A DNA stretch of 61,915 nucleotides from a virus (lineage: Duplodnaviria; Caudoviricetes): positions 1 through 61,915 of the IMG/VR virus record IMGVR_UViG_3300030397_000458; one strand, written 5' to 3'. How positions within the stretch are numbered: position 1 is the stretch's first letter; each line of letters begins with the position of its first letter. The notes under the pieces are model-generated. The model saw only the letters and a list, made by a program, of their open reading frames with translations, was not told the DNA's origin and did no database searches. Made by a program: the position numbers and the translations under genes. Shown piece by piece: positions 9,080 to 18,030 of this stretch.

Positions 9080-11392
9080 ATGCCAAAAAGAGACAATACG
9101 CCAATTGCTTTGCGTCCCTATGAATTTCATGGATTGGATCTTGAGTGGGGAGAGAGAAATGCAGAAGCAACGTCGACTTGTCCTTTTTGTCATTCTGAAT
9201 CCAAATTCAGTATCAACATCGAATCAAGCAAATTCAAATGCTTCAAATGTGCCGAATCAGGCAACGCCACAAGCTTCTTATCAAAGATCTATCGAGAATG
9301 CGAGATACAGGAAGGCTCCGCGAAGTCTCTCCTGAAAGAGAGAGGATTGAGATACTTATCAACGATTGAAGCATGGGGCTTGAAATGGTCACACTTACAG
9401 AATGAATGGATCGTGCCCGGATTCTCGACACCAAAAAAGCTACACCAGCTCTACCGGTATGTGAGGATCAAGAACAAGAAAACAGGAAAATGGTCGCGTG
9501 TGCTGCTCCCTACACCAAGCACGCAAGAAAGGAAGAGAGAGCAAGGAGAGAGCAGTCACGGCATATTTGGATTGAATTTATGGGACGACAAAAAGCAGGT
9601 AGTCTACATCACAGAGGGAGTATGGGACGGGATGGTGTTGTATGAATCACTACGATTCCTCCGAGTGGATGAAAATGGCAAGTTGATCAGCACAAGCAAC
9701 GTCAAAAAGAGCTTGTACAACGAAGTGAATATCATCTCTATTGCAGGTGTGCATGGTCTGAGCTCGAAGCTTGCACGACTACTTGCAGGCAAAGACGTAA
9801 CAATTCTATTCGATAATGACTATCCAAAAACAGTTAAAGTAGGGAGTAGAGAGAAGGTACTGGAGCCAGCAGGTTACCGTGGCGCAAGGGAAGTGACAGA
9901 GACACTTGTTAGTTGTGGAGAGCCACCAGAGAGGATTAGCTATCTGAATTGGGGAGAAGGAGGGTACACAAAAGACCTGCCAGACGGAACAGATTTACGC
10001 GACGTGCTTACCTCTGATATTGCATCATCCTCTCTTTCAGGAAGAGCAAGGGCGTTGACTTCAGTCCTGGAGAGAATCGAGCCAGTCAAAGACGATTGGA
10101 TATCAACAGCAAAGAACAGCAAAACAAAGCCAGGCACTGTCGAGATAGAGCTACTACCATGCCAGAAGTGGGTGGCACTTATCAATGCGTGGCGTAAACC
10201 AATGAAATGGACAGATGGACTAAACAGAGCACTTGCAGCAATGCTTGCATCTGTTGTATCCACAAAGACATTAGGAGATCAGCTCTGGCTAAAAATCATA
10301 GGTCCAGCGAGCTGCGGGAAATCAACGCTGTGCGAAGCGATAAGCACAAACAAAAAGTATATCGTCGCAAAGTCAACCATAAGAGGCTTTCACTCAGGAT
10401 TCAAAACAGACGGAGCAGGAGAAGAAGACAACTCGCTGATCGCACAATTATACGACAAAACGCTGATTACAAAAGATGGCGATACGCTGTTGCAATCCCC
10501 AAACTTAGGCCAGATACTCGCAGAAGCAAGAGATATATATGATTGCACTTCTCGCACGCACTACAGAAACAAGACATCTCGGAGCTACGAAGGTGTCAGA
10601 ATGACATGGCTTTTATGCGGTACAAGCTCACTGCGAAGCATCGACACAAGCGAGCTTGGAGAGAGATTTCTCGATTGCGTTATCATGGACGGTATTGATT
10701 CAGACCTTGAAGAAGACATACTCTGGCGAGTAGCAAACAGAGCTGACAGGTCAACAAACTATGAAGCAAATGGGAAACCAGAGTCAAATCAAGATCCAGA
10801 GATGTCAAAGGCGATGCAGCTCACAGGAGGGTACGTCTCTTATTTGCGTGAGAACGCGAAAGATCTGCTCGAAAAAGTAGTGACAGGTAAGCAGTCACTC
10901 AGAAAGATTATGAAATTCGGGAAATTCGTAGCCTACTTACGCGCCAGACCATCAATGCGACAAGAAGAGAACGCAGAGCGAGAATTTGCTGCACGTCTGG
11001 TGAGCCAGCACGTCAAGCTCGCAAAGTGTCTTGCAGTTGTCCTGAATAAAGAGACACTGGATAAAGAAGTGCTTGCTATGGTCAGAGCTATATCAATCGA
11101 CACTGCGAGAGGTAGAACGCTCGACATTTTGAGAGAAATGCGCAAAGAGCGAGCAAAGGGATTGCCTGTCAAATCTATATCAATAAGGATCAACGAAGCT
11201 GAAAACTCTGTCAGAAAGCTTCTCCGTTTCATGCAGAAAATCGGTATTGTAGAACGAGTAGAAGAGACGACACATAGGACAAGAGGAGTCAGAGCAGTAA
11301 CGCACTGGCGTATGACCGAAGAAATGTATGACCTCTACTTGTTCGTAATTGAATCCAAATTGAGGAGAAAACGTGCCAATACGAGCAGCTAA
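9080..11392 (+). CDS. Primase-helicase (Zn finger + TOPRIM + P-loop ATPase)
   Basis: CPFC..CFKC, ITEGVWDG, FDND, GPASCGKSTL. Confidence 0.85.
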   Translation: MPKRDNTPIALRPYEFHGLDLEWGERNAEATSTCPFCHSESKFSINIESSKFKCFKCAESGNATSFLSKIYRECEIQEGSAKSLLKERGLRYLSTIEAWGLKWSHLQNEWIVPGFSTPKKLHQLYRYVRIKNKKTGKWSRVLLPTPSTQERKREQGESSHGIFGLNLWDDKKQVVYITEGVWDGMVLYESLRFLRVDENGKLISTSNVKKSLYNEVNIISIAGVHGLSSKLARLLAGKDVTILFDNDYPKTVKVGSREKVLEPAGYRGAREVTETLVSCGEPPERISYLNWGEGGYTKDLPDGTDLRDVLTSDIASSSLSGRARALTSVLERIEPVKDDWISTAKNSKTKPGTVEIELLPCQKWVALINAWRKPMKWTDGLNRALAAMLASVVSTKTLGDQLWLKIIGPASCGKSTLCEAISTNKKYIVAKSTIRGFHSGFKTDGAGEEDNSLIAQLYDKTLITKDGDTLLQSPNLGQILAEARDIYDCTSRTHYRNKTSRSYEGVRMTWLLCGTSSLRSIDTSELGERFLDCVIMDGIDSDLEEDILWRVANRADRSTNYEANGKPESNQDPEMSKAMQLTGGYVSYLRENAKDLLEKVVTGKQSLRKIMKFGKFVAYLRARPSMRQEENAEREFAARLVSQHVKLAKCLAVVLNKETLDKEVLAMVRAISIDTARGRTLDILREMRKERAKGLPVKSISIRINEAENSVRKLLRFMQKIGIVERVEETTHRTRGVRAVTHWRMTEEMYDLYLFVIESKLRRKRANTSS

Positions 11393-12743
11393 ACCAACAT
11401 GGCAGACGAACGATCACAAGACAGTCAAAATCTATCAAGGAGACGTGAGAGACGTAGTAAAGAGGCTCCCGTCAAAGTCTGTACAGTGTATTGTCACCAG
11501 TCCTCCATACTGGGCATTGAGAGACTACGGAGCAGAAGGTCAGATAGGGAGCGAGCCAATAGCTGACTGCTACGGGTGGACAAAACAGGACTATTGTGAT
11601 GAATGCCACGTTTGTGTAATGACTACTCTCTTTCAGGAGATAAGTAGAGTACTACGAGACGATGGGACATTGTAGCTGAACTACGGAGATACGTACGCAA
11701 CAAAGACTTATCAAGAGAAGAGGACAAAAGAAACTGTCAGCGATGCAGTCAAAGGCGTTGATAGAGATTATCAACGCAAAGTAGGTAGGCAGTCAGCAGA
11801 AGGACAATTCAGAGTTAAGACAAGACACAACTTACCTTCAGGGAATTTAGTAGGTATCCCATAGCGCGTAGCTCTTGCGCTACAAGCATCAGAAAAATGG
11901 GTATTAAGGCAAGACATAATTTGGTATAAAGTTTCGCCAATGCCTGAGAGCGTGCGCAATCGTTGTACAAAGGCACATGAATACATTTTCTTATTCACAA
12001 AACAGGCATCAGGTTACTACTACGATGCCGAGAGGATCAGAGAGAAGACGGATACTGTAACCCTCTGGGGAAATGAAAACAGCGACGACTATTATAAGAG
12101 AAGTGTTGCTCGAAAGAGAGGTGGTATTATATCTGATCCAAGAAAAGGGACTATTAAGAAGATATTACCCGAAGAAGGGAGCAGAAACAAGAGATCAGTC
12201 TGGAAGGTAGCAACGCAAGCATACTCCGGCGCACACTTCGCGACGTTCCCTGAGAAGCTTATCACTCCTTATATCCAAGCAGGCACAAGCGAGAAAGGCG
12301 CGTGCATTGAATGTGGTGCTCCCTGGATTCGTGTGGTCGAGAGAGACAGACAGGCAACACGGCCAGGAGAGACGAGCAAGGTTAATGCGTTCAGAATTTC
12401 TGAACGATATATAGAAGGACAGTCAAAGCTCAACGGAAAAGACGTAGGAAATAGAGATCTTGAGAGACATATAACGACAACGAAAACTATAGGGTGGGAG
12501 CCACAGTGTGACTGTGAAGCAGAAACTACTCCTTGTCTTGTCCTTGATCCTTTCATCGGTTCAGGCACAACAGCAAAAGTTGCGATAGAGAGTAATGCAG
12601 CATGTTGGGTAATCGAGCTGAACGAAGAGTATATCAAAAACAATATCATTCCGAGAGTGAGAGGATGTATACTGGATATACCATCTCTGTCGTGGTTAGT
12701 GACGAATAAGCCCAAAAAGATCATAGGAGGAGAGAAGTTATGA
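11373..12743 (+). pseudogene. N4-C/N6-A DNA methyltransferase interrupted by two in-frame TAG codons
   Basis: VTSPPY, GTL*LNYGD, GIP*RVALAL, HFATFP and VLDPFIGSGTT all in one frame; TAG at 11673 and 11862. Confidence 0.85.
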
Positions 12744-13048
12744 GCGAGCACAAAAATGAGCATATGCTGAAGCTTATGAAGAAGTGCGAGAAGTGCGGTA
12801 ATAAAGCATGGCGCACCTATGATGACTACTGCTTGAGCTGTAACGCGAAGAGGATCGGAGAGACTCCCAAAAGTCAGAGGAAGAAGGGAAGGTATAAAGG
12901 ACAGGGAAGAAACAGTCACAGAAAGCCGACAAAACGCCCGACTCTCTACCTGCCTGGAACAGAAGGTAAAATACGTGTACTGACTGAGAGAGCCAAAAGA
13001 GGGGAGCATCTGTTTCATGCGCAAGACGCGACGACCAACGAAAGCTAA
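12740..13048 (+). CDS. Hypothetical Zn-finger protein
   Basis: CxxC...CxxC; C-terminal PT...PGTEGKIRVLTERA..GE.LFH motif that I recall from planctomycete proteins. Confidence 0.6.
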   Translation: MSEHKNEHMLKLMKKCEKCGNKAWRTYDDYCLSCNAKRIGETPKSQRKKGRYKGQGRNSHRKPTKRPTLYLPGTEGKIRVLTERAKRGEHLFHAQDATTNES

Positions 13049-13928
13049 ATCTGAATCCAAAAACGTGAAGAAACCCTACAACGTCGAGGATCACGTTGCA
13101 CCTGAAATCATAAAATTTCTTCGCGAGCAGGAAGAGGTGCTCCTCTCTTTCTCGGGAGGAAAAGACAGCCTCTGTACATGGTGTGTGCTGCGTGACTTAG
13201 GTATCAGAGTCTTACCCTTCTACATGGAGATAATCCCAGGTCTCAAATTCGTGAACAATTACCTTGAATACCTCGAAGGAGTATTTGGCGTAGAGATCTT
13301 ACGTGTGCGTCATGCTGAATTTTACAACATGATGCGCACGTACACTTCACAACCACCACACAGAAAGCACTGGATCGACTTACTCAACTTCCAGAAAACG
13401 CAGTATGCGTATATCACAGATGCTGTGAGGAGTCACTACAAAGCAGGAGACCTCTGGTGCATCGTCGGCACACGCGCTACTGACTCACCAGCAAGGAGAG
13501 CGAGCTTTAAACGGAATGGCTGGGCCTACGCAGAGAAAAAGTTATGTTACCCATTATGGGACGTAAACAAGGATGCACTGGTTCACATTCTCAAACATCA
13601 CAGAGTCAAGGTGTCACCTGACTACAAGATGTATGGATTATCTATGGATGGTTTACATTTTCGGTACACGTCGCACTTGAAAAAACACTACCCAGAAGAC
13701 TATGAAACCATTAAATTCTGGTTCCCGTTCGTCGAAGCGGAGGAATACAGGGTAAAATGGGCAATCAAGCACGGCGTTGGAGAAGTCGTAGGATCGTTGG
13801 CGAGAGATTTTAGTCAAGAAGAAAAAAAGAAGGAGAGTATCAATGTTTCAAGAGTCAAGCAAGGGACCAATAAAAAAGAAGGGAAAGAGAAGCGCGACAA
13901 AAAGCAGTCGAGAAAGAGGAAAAAATGA
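13017..13928 (+). CDS. PP-loop / PAPS-reductase-like protein
   Basis: LLSFSGGKDS PP-loop, GTRATDSPARR and YPLWD motifs. Confidence 0.8.
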   Translation: MRKTRRPTKAKSESKNVKKPYNVEDHVAPEIIKFLREQEEVLLSFSGGKDSLCTWCVLRDLGIRVLPFYMEIIPGLKFVNNYLEYLEGVFGVEILRVRHAEFYNMMRTYTSQPPHRKHWIDLLNFQKTQYAYITDAVRSHYKAGDLWCIVGTRATDSPARRASFKRNGWAYAEKKLCYPLWDVNKDALVHILKHHRVKVSPDYKMYGLSMDGLHFRYTSHLKKHYPEDYETIKFWFPFVEAEEYRVKWAIKHGVGEVVGSLARDFSQEEKKKESINVSRVKQGTNKKEGKEKRDKKQSRKRKK

Positions 13929-14532
13929 GAAGCACAAAGTTGAAAAGTCGTGTGTGCCTTATGACCCCAGTATGCCTGAAGTCAACCCCGTAAAGCAGGA
14001 GAAGTATTCAGGACACTTAGAAGAGGATGACATTAAAGAGGCAAAGGTAATCCACGCTACTCTTGACCTGGCAGACAGAAAAGAAGAAGCTGCTCGCGAC
14101 TACAACGAGCAGGACAAAAACGACGGATCGCAAGAAGATGAGAAGCTCAGAAAATTCAAGGAAGCCGTCAAACGGCAAAGAGCAGAGGTCAAAGACCTGA
14201 CGAGCAACGGATTCTGGACGTGCCTGGTATTCCCGAGTGAAGAGGTGTGCTACGAATTCCTGGAAAAAACAGGTTGGATAGAATTCGCGGAACGGTATAA
14301 TGCATATGTAGATGGGTTGTCAGTCGCAGAGCAAATGGGTATAGAGCTCGAATCTCTCAGACTTATCAGATTCCGCACTGGTGGACCTGACAAGAGACTC
14401 GTCAATGAGGTAGGAGTCTATGACAGCGAGACAGATGAAGCACCAGATTTGTTGGAAGACCTGGAAGATGAGGATATTGAATTGACACCTGAAGAGCTCG
14501 CACTACTGGAGGACGAAGGCGACGAAGAGTAA
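13843..14532 (+). CDS. Acidic partner protein of the PAPS-reductase-like gene
   Basis: FWTCLVF.SEE...EFL...GW....YVDG...A..MGI motif; overlaps upstream gene. Confidence 0.6.
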   Translation: MFQESSKGPIKKKGKRSATKSSRERGKNEKHKVEKSCVPYDPSMPEVNPVKQEKYSGHLEEDDIKEAKVIHATLDLADRKEEAARDYNEQDKNDGSQEDEKLRKFKEAVKRQRAEVKDLTSNGFWTCLVFPSEEVCYEFLEKTGWIEFAERYNAYVDGLSVAEQMGIELESLRLIRFRTGGPDKRLVNEVGVYDSETDEAPDLLEDLEDEDIELTPEELALLEDEGDEE

Positions 14533-14570
14533 TAAATTTTAACACAACAAAAACGAAAGAAAGAAAAATT

Positions 14571-14828
14571 ATGACACTAACTCTGATCTTTCTTGCAATT
14601 GGTGCGATACTATTATTCACTCTACCTGTTCAGCCTGATGGCAGCGGTCGCGGACTAGGTAAAGGTGGTATGTCAGCACTTAGAGCATTCCAGAGACTCT
14701 CAGGAAATAATACACCACTATTAGGCAGAAGAGCAGCAGCACCTAACACTCCTGATAGTCCGAGAGGACCGAGATCTGAAACCGGTTCAACAAGAGGGCC
14801 AGGCACGGGTGGAGTATCGCCAAGTTAA
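14571..14828 (+). CDS. Small hydrophobic-leader Gly/Pro-rich peptide, copy 1
   Basis: 85 aa, paralogue of the next ORF with synonymous divergence. Confidence 0.75.
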   Translation: MTLTLIFLAIGAILLFTLPVQPDGSGRGLGKGGMSALRAFQRLSGNNTPLLGRRAAAPNTPDSPRGPRSETGSTRGPGTGGVSPS

Positions 14829-14853
14829 CGACAAAACGAAGGGAGCAAAAACT

Positions 14854-15105
14854 ATGACACTAACTCTGATCCTTCTTGCAATTGGATTAATCCTCCTCTT
14901 CACGTTACCAGTACAACCCGATGGTAGCGGTCGCGGTTCTGGTAAGGGTGGTATGTCGGCAATCAGGGCACAGGAACGACGATCCGGAGGAATCACTCCT
15001 ACGAATCTATCACCAGCAGCACCTAACACATTCATATCTCCCAGAGGTGCAGGAGAAGGCACCTCTGCCGGAGGAGGAGGGGTGAGAGGCCCAGGTGGTA
15101 TCTAA
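14854..15105 (+). CDS. Small hydrophobic-leader Gly/Pro-rich peptide, copy 2
   Basis: 83 aa from ATG 14854, GGGAG RBS, paralogue of 14571-14828. Confidence 0.75.
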   Translation: MTLTLILLAIGLILLFTLPVQPDGSGRGSGKGGMSAIRAQERRSGGITPTNLSPAAPNTFISPRGAGEGTSAGGGGVRGPGGI

Positions 15106-15195
15106 TGGAGCTGGTAGTGGATTTAGTAGTAATCTTGTTCTTCATCTCTCTATGTGATTTGAAAGATTGAGCAAGAGCACAAAAAGCAACAACGC

Positions 15196-15451
15196 GCAAC
15201 TGCCTTGACATAAGAAGGTCACTCGTTGAGAGTATCAGTTACAAGTTGTCTCTCACACTGGTCCTGTGTTAAAGTAACTGGTGCTTTGTACGATCAATGA
15301 GTGAATAGGTGCAATCCCTATCAGTTGCAATGAGGGAGAAGTGATGACTCTCCCTCAGTTTCGCATGTTTCTTGACGAGTATCATGGAACGCGAGACTTC
15401 TCTAAGGTGGCGAGTCTGTGAGGTAGAGATATCTTGCAGACTCGTTTTTTT
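15196..15451 (+). ncRNA. Structured ncRNA with tRNA-like cloverleaf domain, extra hairpins and terminator
   Basis: GCAACTG/CAGTTGC acceptor-like stem, CCTT/AAGG D-like arm, long extended arm, ATAGG-TGCAATC-CCTAT T-arm, then three hairpins. Confidence 0.6.
15411..15451 (+). terminator. Intrinsic terminator
   Basis: CGAGTCTGTGAGGTA/TATCTTGCAGACTCG stem followed by T7. Confidence 0.7.
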
Positions 15452-15479
15452 GCTTAAATTTTCAAATTTGGATTCAAAA

Positions 15480-16154
15480 ATGAGCACGCGACCGAAAAAA
15501 CCGACTAATCCAGAACCTATCAAAGACCCAAAGACGAACAGGACAGTAACTGAAAAGCAGATGAATTTTGTTCATGAATACCTGGCTTCAATGGACGCGA
15601 AGAAAGCAGCGCAGCGAGCCGGTTACTCTGAGCAAAAAGCACCGATTGTAGCGAAGGCATTCATGGACCCTGAGCGTTACCCTCTTATCAATAAGCTCAT
15701 TCAAAACGGGTTGCGATTGCGAAGAGAGGCACTGAAAGTAGACTCCGACAAAATCATACAGGAGCTCGCTTGCATTGGCTTTCTCAATCCTCTTGATCTA
15801 TTCCACAAAGATGGACAACCTAAGAAATTCCTTGAAATGACGAGAGAGACAGCAGCGGCAGTCAAGTCTATCAATATCTCATACAAAGAAGACATCGATG
15901 AGGAAGGCGAATTCAGGACAATCAAGCACGTTAATATGCAATTCCACGATAAGCTGAAAGCATTGGAGCAACTGGCAAAAATGCTAGGTGCCATACAAGA
16001 GCTACAACTAACGCAGCACAATACTCAGGTGAACATTATCGATTGGGATAAGATGTTCTCAAAGCCGGAGATGATTGAAGATCCGATCGAGAAAGAAATC
16101 TTATCTGTATCATCTTCCTTTCAGGAAAACGGGAACAGCAACGGAGCGCAATAG
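15480..16154 (+). CDS. terS: Terminase small subunit
   Basis: TEKQMNFVHEYL...A.KAAQRAGYS HTH, DKLKALEQLAK; directly upstream of terL. Confidence 0.9.
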   Translation: MSTRPKKPTNPEPIKDPKTNRTVTEKQMNFVHEYLASMDAKKAAQRAGYSEQKAPIVAKAFMDPERYPLINKLIQNGLRLRREALKVDSDKIIQELACIGFLNPLDLFHKDGQPKKFLEMTRETAAAVKSINISYKEDIDEEGEFRTIKHVNMQFHDKLKALEQLAKMLGAIQELQLTQHNTQVNIIDWDKMFSKPEMIEDPIEKEILSVSSSFQENGNSNGAQ

Positions 16155-16771
16155 TGTTTTTCAAATCTGATAAAGTCATTGACCCGCTCCGCATGGCTGA
16201 AGTGCTCTGGCCACACATCACTTTCTATGATAAGCAGCGAGAAATTATCTACTCTGTCCTTGAAAATGACGAGACGTTCGTTCCGGCAGGAAACATGCTG
16301 GGCAAAGACTTCGTATCAGGATTCATTACTCTATGGTTCTTCCTTTCTCGCAATCCAGTGCGAATCCTCACAACAAGTGCCGACTACTCGCAGCTCGAAT
16401 CTGTCTTATGGGGAGAGATCAGGCGATTTATACAAGAGGCGCACAGTCCATTGACACACGACAAAGGTGGTCCTATCGTCCTGAATCATCTACATATGAG
16501 AAAAGTAGTGAAAGGCGAGCTGTGCGGACTAAGCTATTGCTTGGGACGTGTGGCAGCAAAAGGCGAGGGATTGTTAGGCCACCACATCGCAGCAGAGTCA
16601 GATGGTATACCACGCACGTTATTCATCGCTGACGAAGCATCAGGAGTAGAGGATATTTCTTACGAGAGAGCCGACACCTGGGCACGCCGGAAGCTTATAA
16701 TAGGAAACCCCTACACATGCAACAACTTCTTCCAGCGCGGAGTTGAAGAAGGTGACCTGGTTGCAGAGTAA
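16154..16771 (+). CDS. terL: Terminase large subunit, N-terminal ATPase part
   Basis: Walker A-like PAGNMLGKDF, Walker B FIADEASG, coupling motif IGNP. Confidence 0.85.
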   Translation: MFFKSDKVIDPLRMAEVLWPHITFYDKQREIIYSVLENDETFVPAGNMLGKDFVSGFITLWFFLSRNPVRILTTSADYSQLESVLWGEIRRFIQEAHSPLTHDKGGPIVLNHLHMRKVVKGELCGLSYCLGRVAAKGEGLLGHHIAAESDGIPRTLFIADEASGVEDISYERADTWARRKLIIGNPYTCNNFFQRGVEEGDLVAE

Positions 16772-16786
16772 CTATAGAGCGATAAT

Positions 16787-16987
16787 ATGGGATTCTCAGG
16801 ATACGTTCACGTCGAGGTAGACATAAAAGCAGAGTCAGATAAGGCATTTCTTATAGTCTACAACGAGAGAGAAATCTGGCTCCCGAAGTCACAGATAGCT
16901 GACAGCGACGACTATAGCAAAGGGGATACAGAGGTGAGCATCGCTATCACTGACTGGATCGCCGAGCAGAACGGGATCACCAGCTAA
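16787..16987 (+). CDS. Small protein inserted within terL
   Basis: 66 aa with ESDKAFLI...WLPKSQI motif. Confidence 0.65.
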   Translation: MGFSGYVHVEVDIKAESDKAFLIVYNEREIWLPKSQIADSDDYSKGDTEVSIAITDWIAEQNGITS

Positions 16988-17017
16988 CACTCCTTCTTTT
17001 TTGCCTCACGATGGACA

Positions 17018-17968
17018 GTGTCCATGACAAACTACTATCGAAAAATCATAAGGATCACAGCAGAAGACTCACCGAATGTACGCTATGGATTAGCTGAAGA
17101 GCAAGCAGGACTGGAACCGTCAAACAAGATCATCATCCCTGGCGTGCTTCCTTACGCCGACTACAAAAAGAGAAGAAAAGTCTGGGACGAGATGAGGCAG
17201 TGCATAGGTCTTGACGCTCTCTTTTATGAGGGAGCAGAAATCATGTTTTTTCCTCGCGAATGGCTCTTACTCTCTGAGCGTAACGCAGTCTTATTAGAGA
17301 ACAGGCAAAGAAAAGCTCGCACAATCGGAATAGATCCAGCAGAAGGCGGAGACTACACAGCATACTGTATTGTTGATGATTATGGTATCATTGATCTGAT
17401 CAGGAAGAAAACACCAGATACTAATGCGATTTTCGAGGATGTGACGACATATATGCACTATTACGGTGTGCGCGCTCATGATGTCTACATCGACAGAGGA
17501 GGAGGAGGAAAGCAGCACGCTGACAGACTCAGAGCATCAGGGTATAAAGTGAAGACTGTCGCGTTTGGGGAACCGGCAACAAGAGAAATGCGTACAGGTA
17601 TGACTCCTCTGGATCAACGTATACATGAGAGAGAGGAGTCATATGTCTACGCTTCGAGACGAGTTGAAATGTATGCTATACTCAGAGAGCTGCTCAATCC
17701 TGCATTCGGTCATAACTTCGCGATACCAAAGAGGTTAATGGATCTCTATCTAAGACAGGAATTAAAGCCTGTCCCGTTCACCTATGGTCCAGAGGGTCGA
17801 TTGATTCTACCACCAAAGAGGAATTTATCAAAAGATGCGAAGAATCCTTCTTTGATTGACCTAATTGGACACAGCCCAGATTGCTCAGACGCATTAGTGC
17901 TCGCCACTTACGGTATGATGAAACGACGATACAAAGCAACAGCAGGTGTGACTTTTTCAAAGTCTTAG
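17018..17968 (+). CDS. terL: Terminase large subunit, C-terminal part (lid + RNase H-like nuclease)
   Basis: EDSPNV, IGIDPAEGGD, IDRGGGG, SPDCSDAL. Confidence 0.85.
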   Translation: MSMTNYYRKIIRITAEDSPNVRYGLAEEQAGLEPSNKIIIPGVLPYADYKKRRKVWDEMRQCIGLDALFYEGAEIMFFPREWLLLSERNAVLLENRQRKARTIGIDPAEGGDYTAYCIVDDYGIIDLIRKKTPDTNAIFEDVTTYMHYYGVRAHDVYIDRGGGGKQHADRLRASGYKVKTVAFGEPATREMRTGMTPLDQRIHEREESYVYASRRVEMYAILRELLNPAFGHNFAIPKRLMDLYLRQELKPVPFTYGPEGRLILPPKRNLSKDAKNPSLIDLIGHSPDCSDALVLATYGMMKRRYKATAGVTFSKS

Positions 17969-18030
17969 CTATAAACGAATAGCAAGATTTTTATTCTTCA
18001 AATTTGGATTCAAAAACAGGAATCAAGCAC

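Noticed and set aside
11673-11864. Genome-wide TAG reassignment
   Set aside because: Many genes end cleanly at TAG (udg, terS, terL-C, major tail), and other long genes are intact under code 11
12269-13060. 263-aa minus-strand ORF and similar shadow ORFs (937-1461, 33012-33536, 51851-52258)
   Set aside because: Antisense to well-supported genes and lacking motifs
14640-14952. SGRG(L/S)GKGG resembles the histone H4 tail
   Set aside because: Short low-complexity Gly-rich match in a bacteriophage; likely coincidence
14571-15105. Lasso peptide precursors
   Set aside because: No Asp/Glu at positions 7-9 after the candidate Gly start, and no recognisable B1/B2 proteins
15196-15330. Canonical or suppressor tRNA gene
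   Set aside because: No 7-nt anticodon loop with U33, no spacer between acceptor and D stems, no CCA; kept only as a tRNA-like ncRNA
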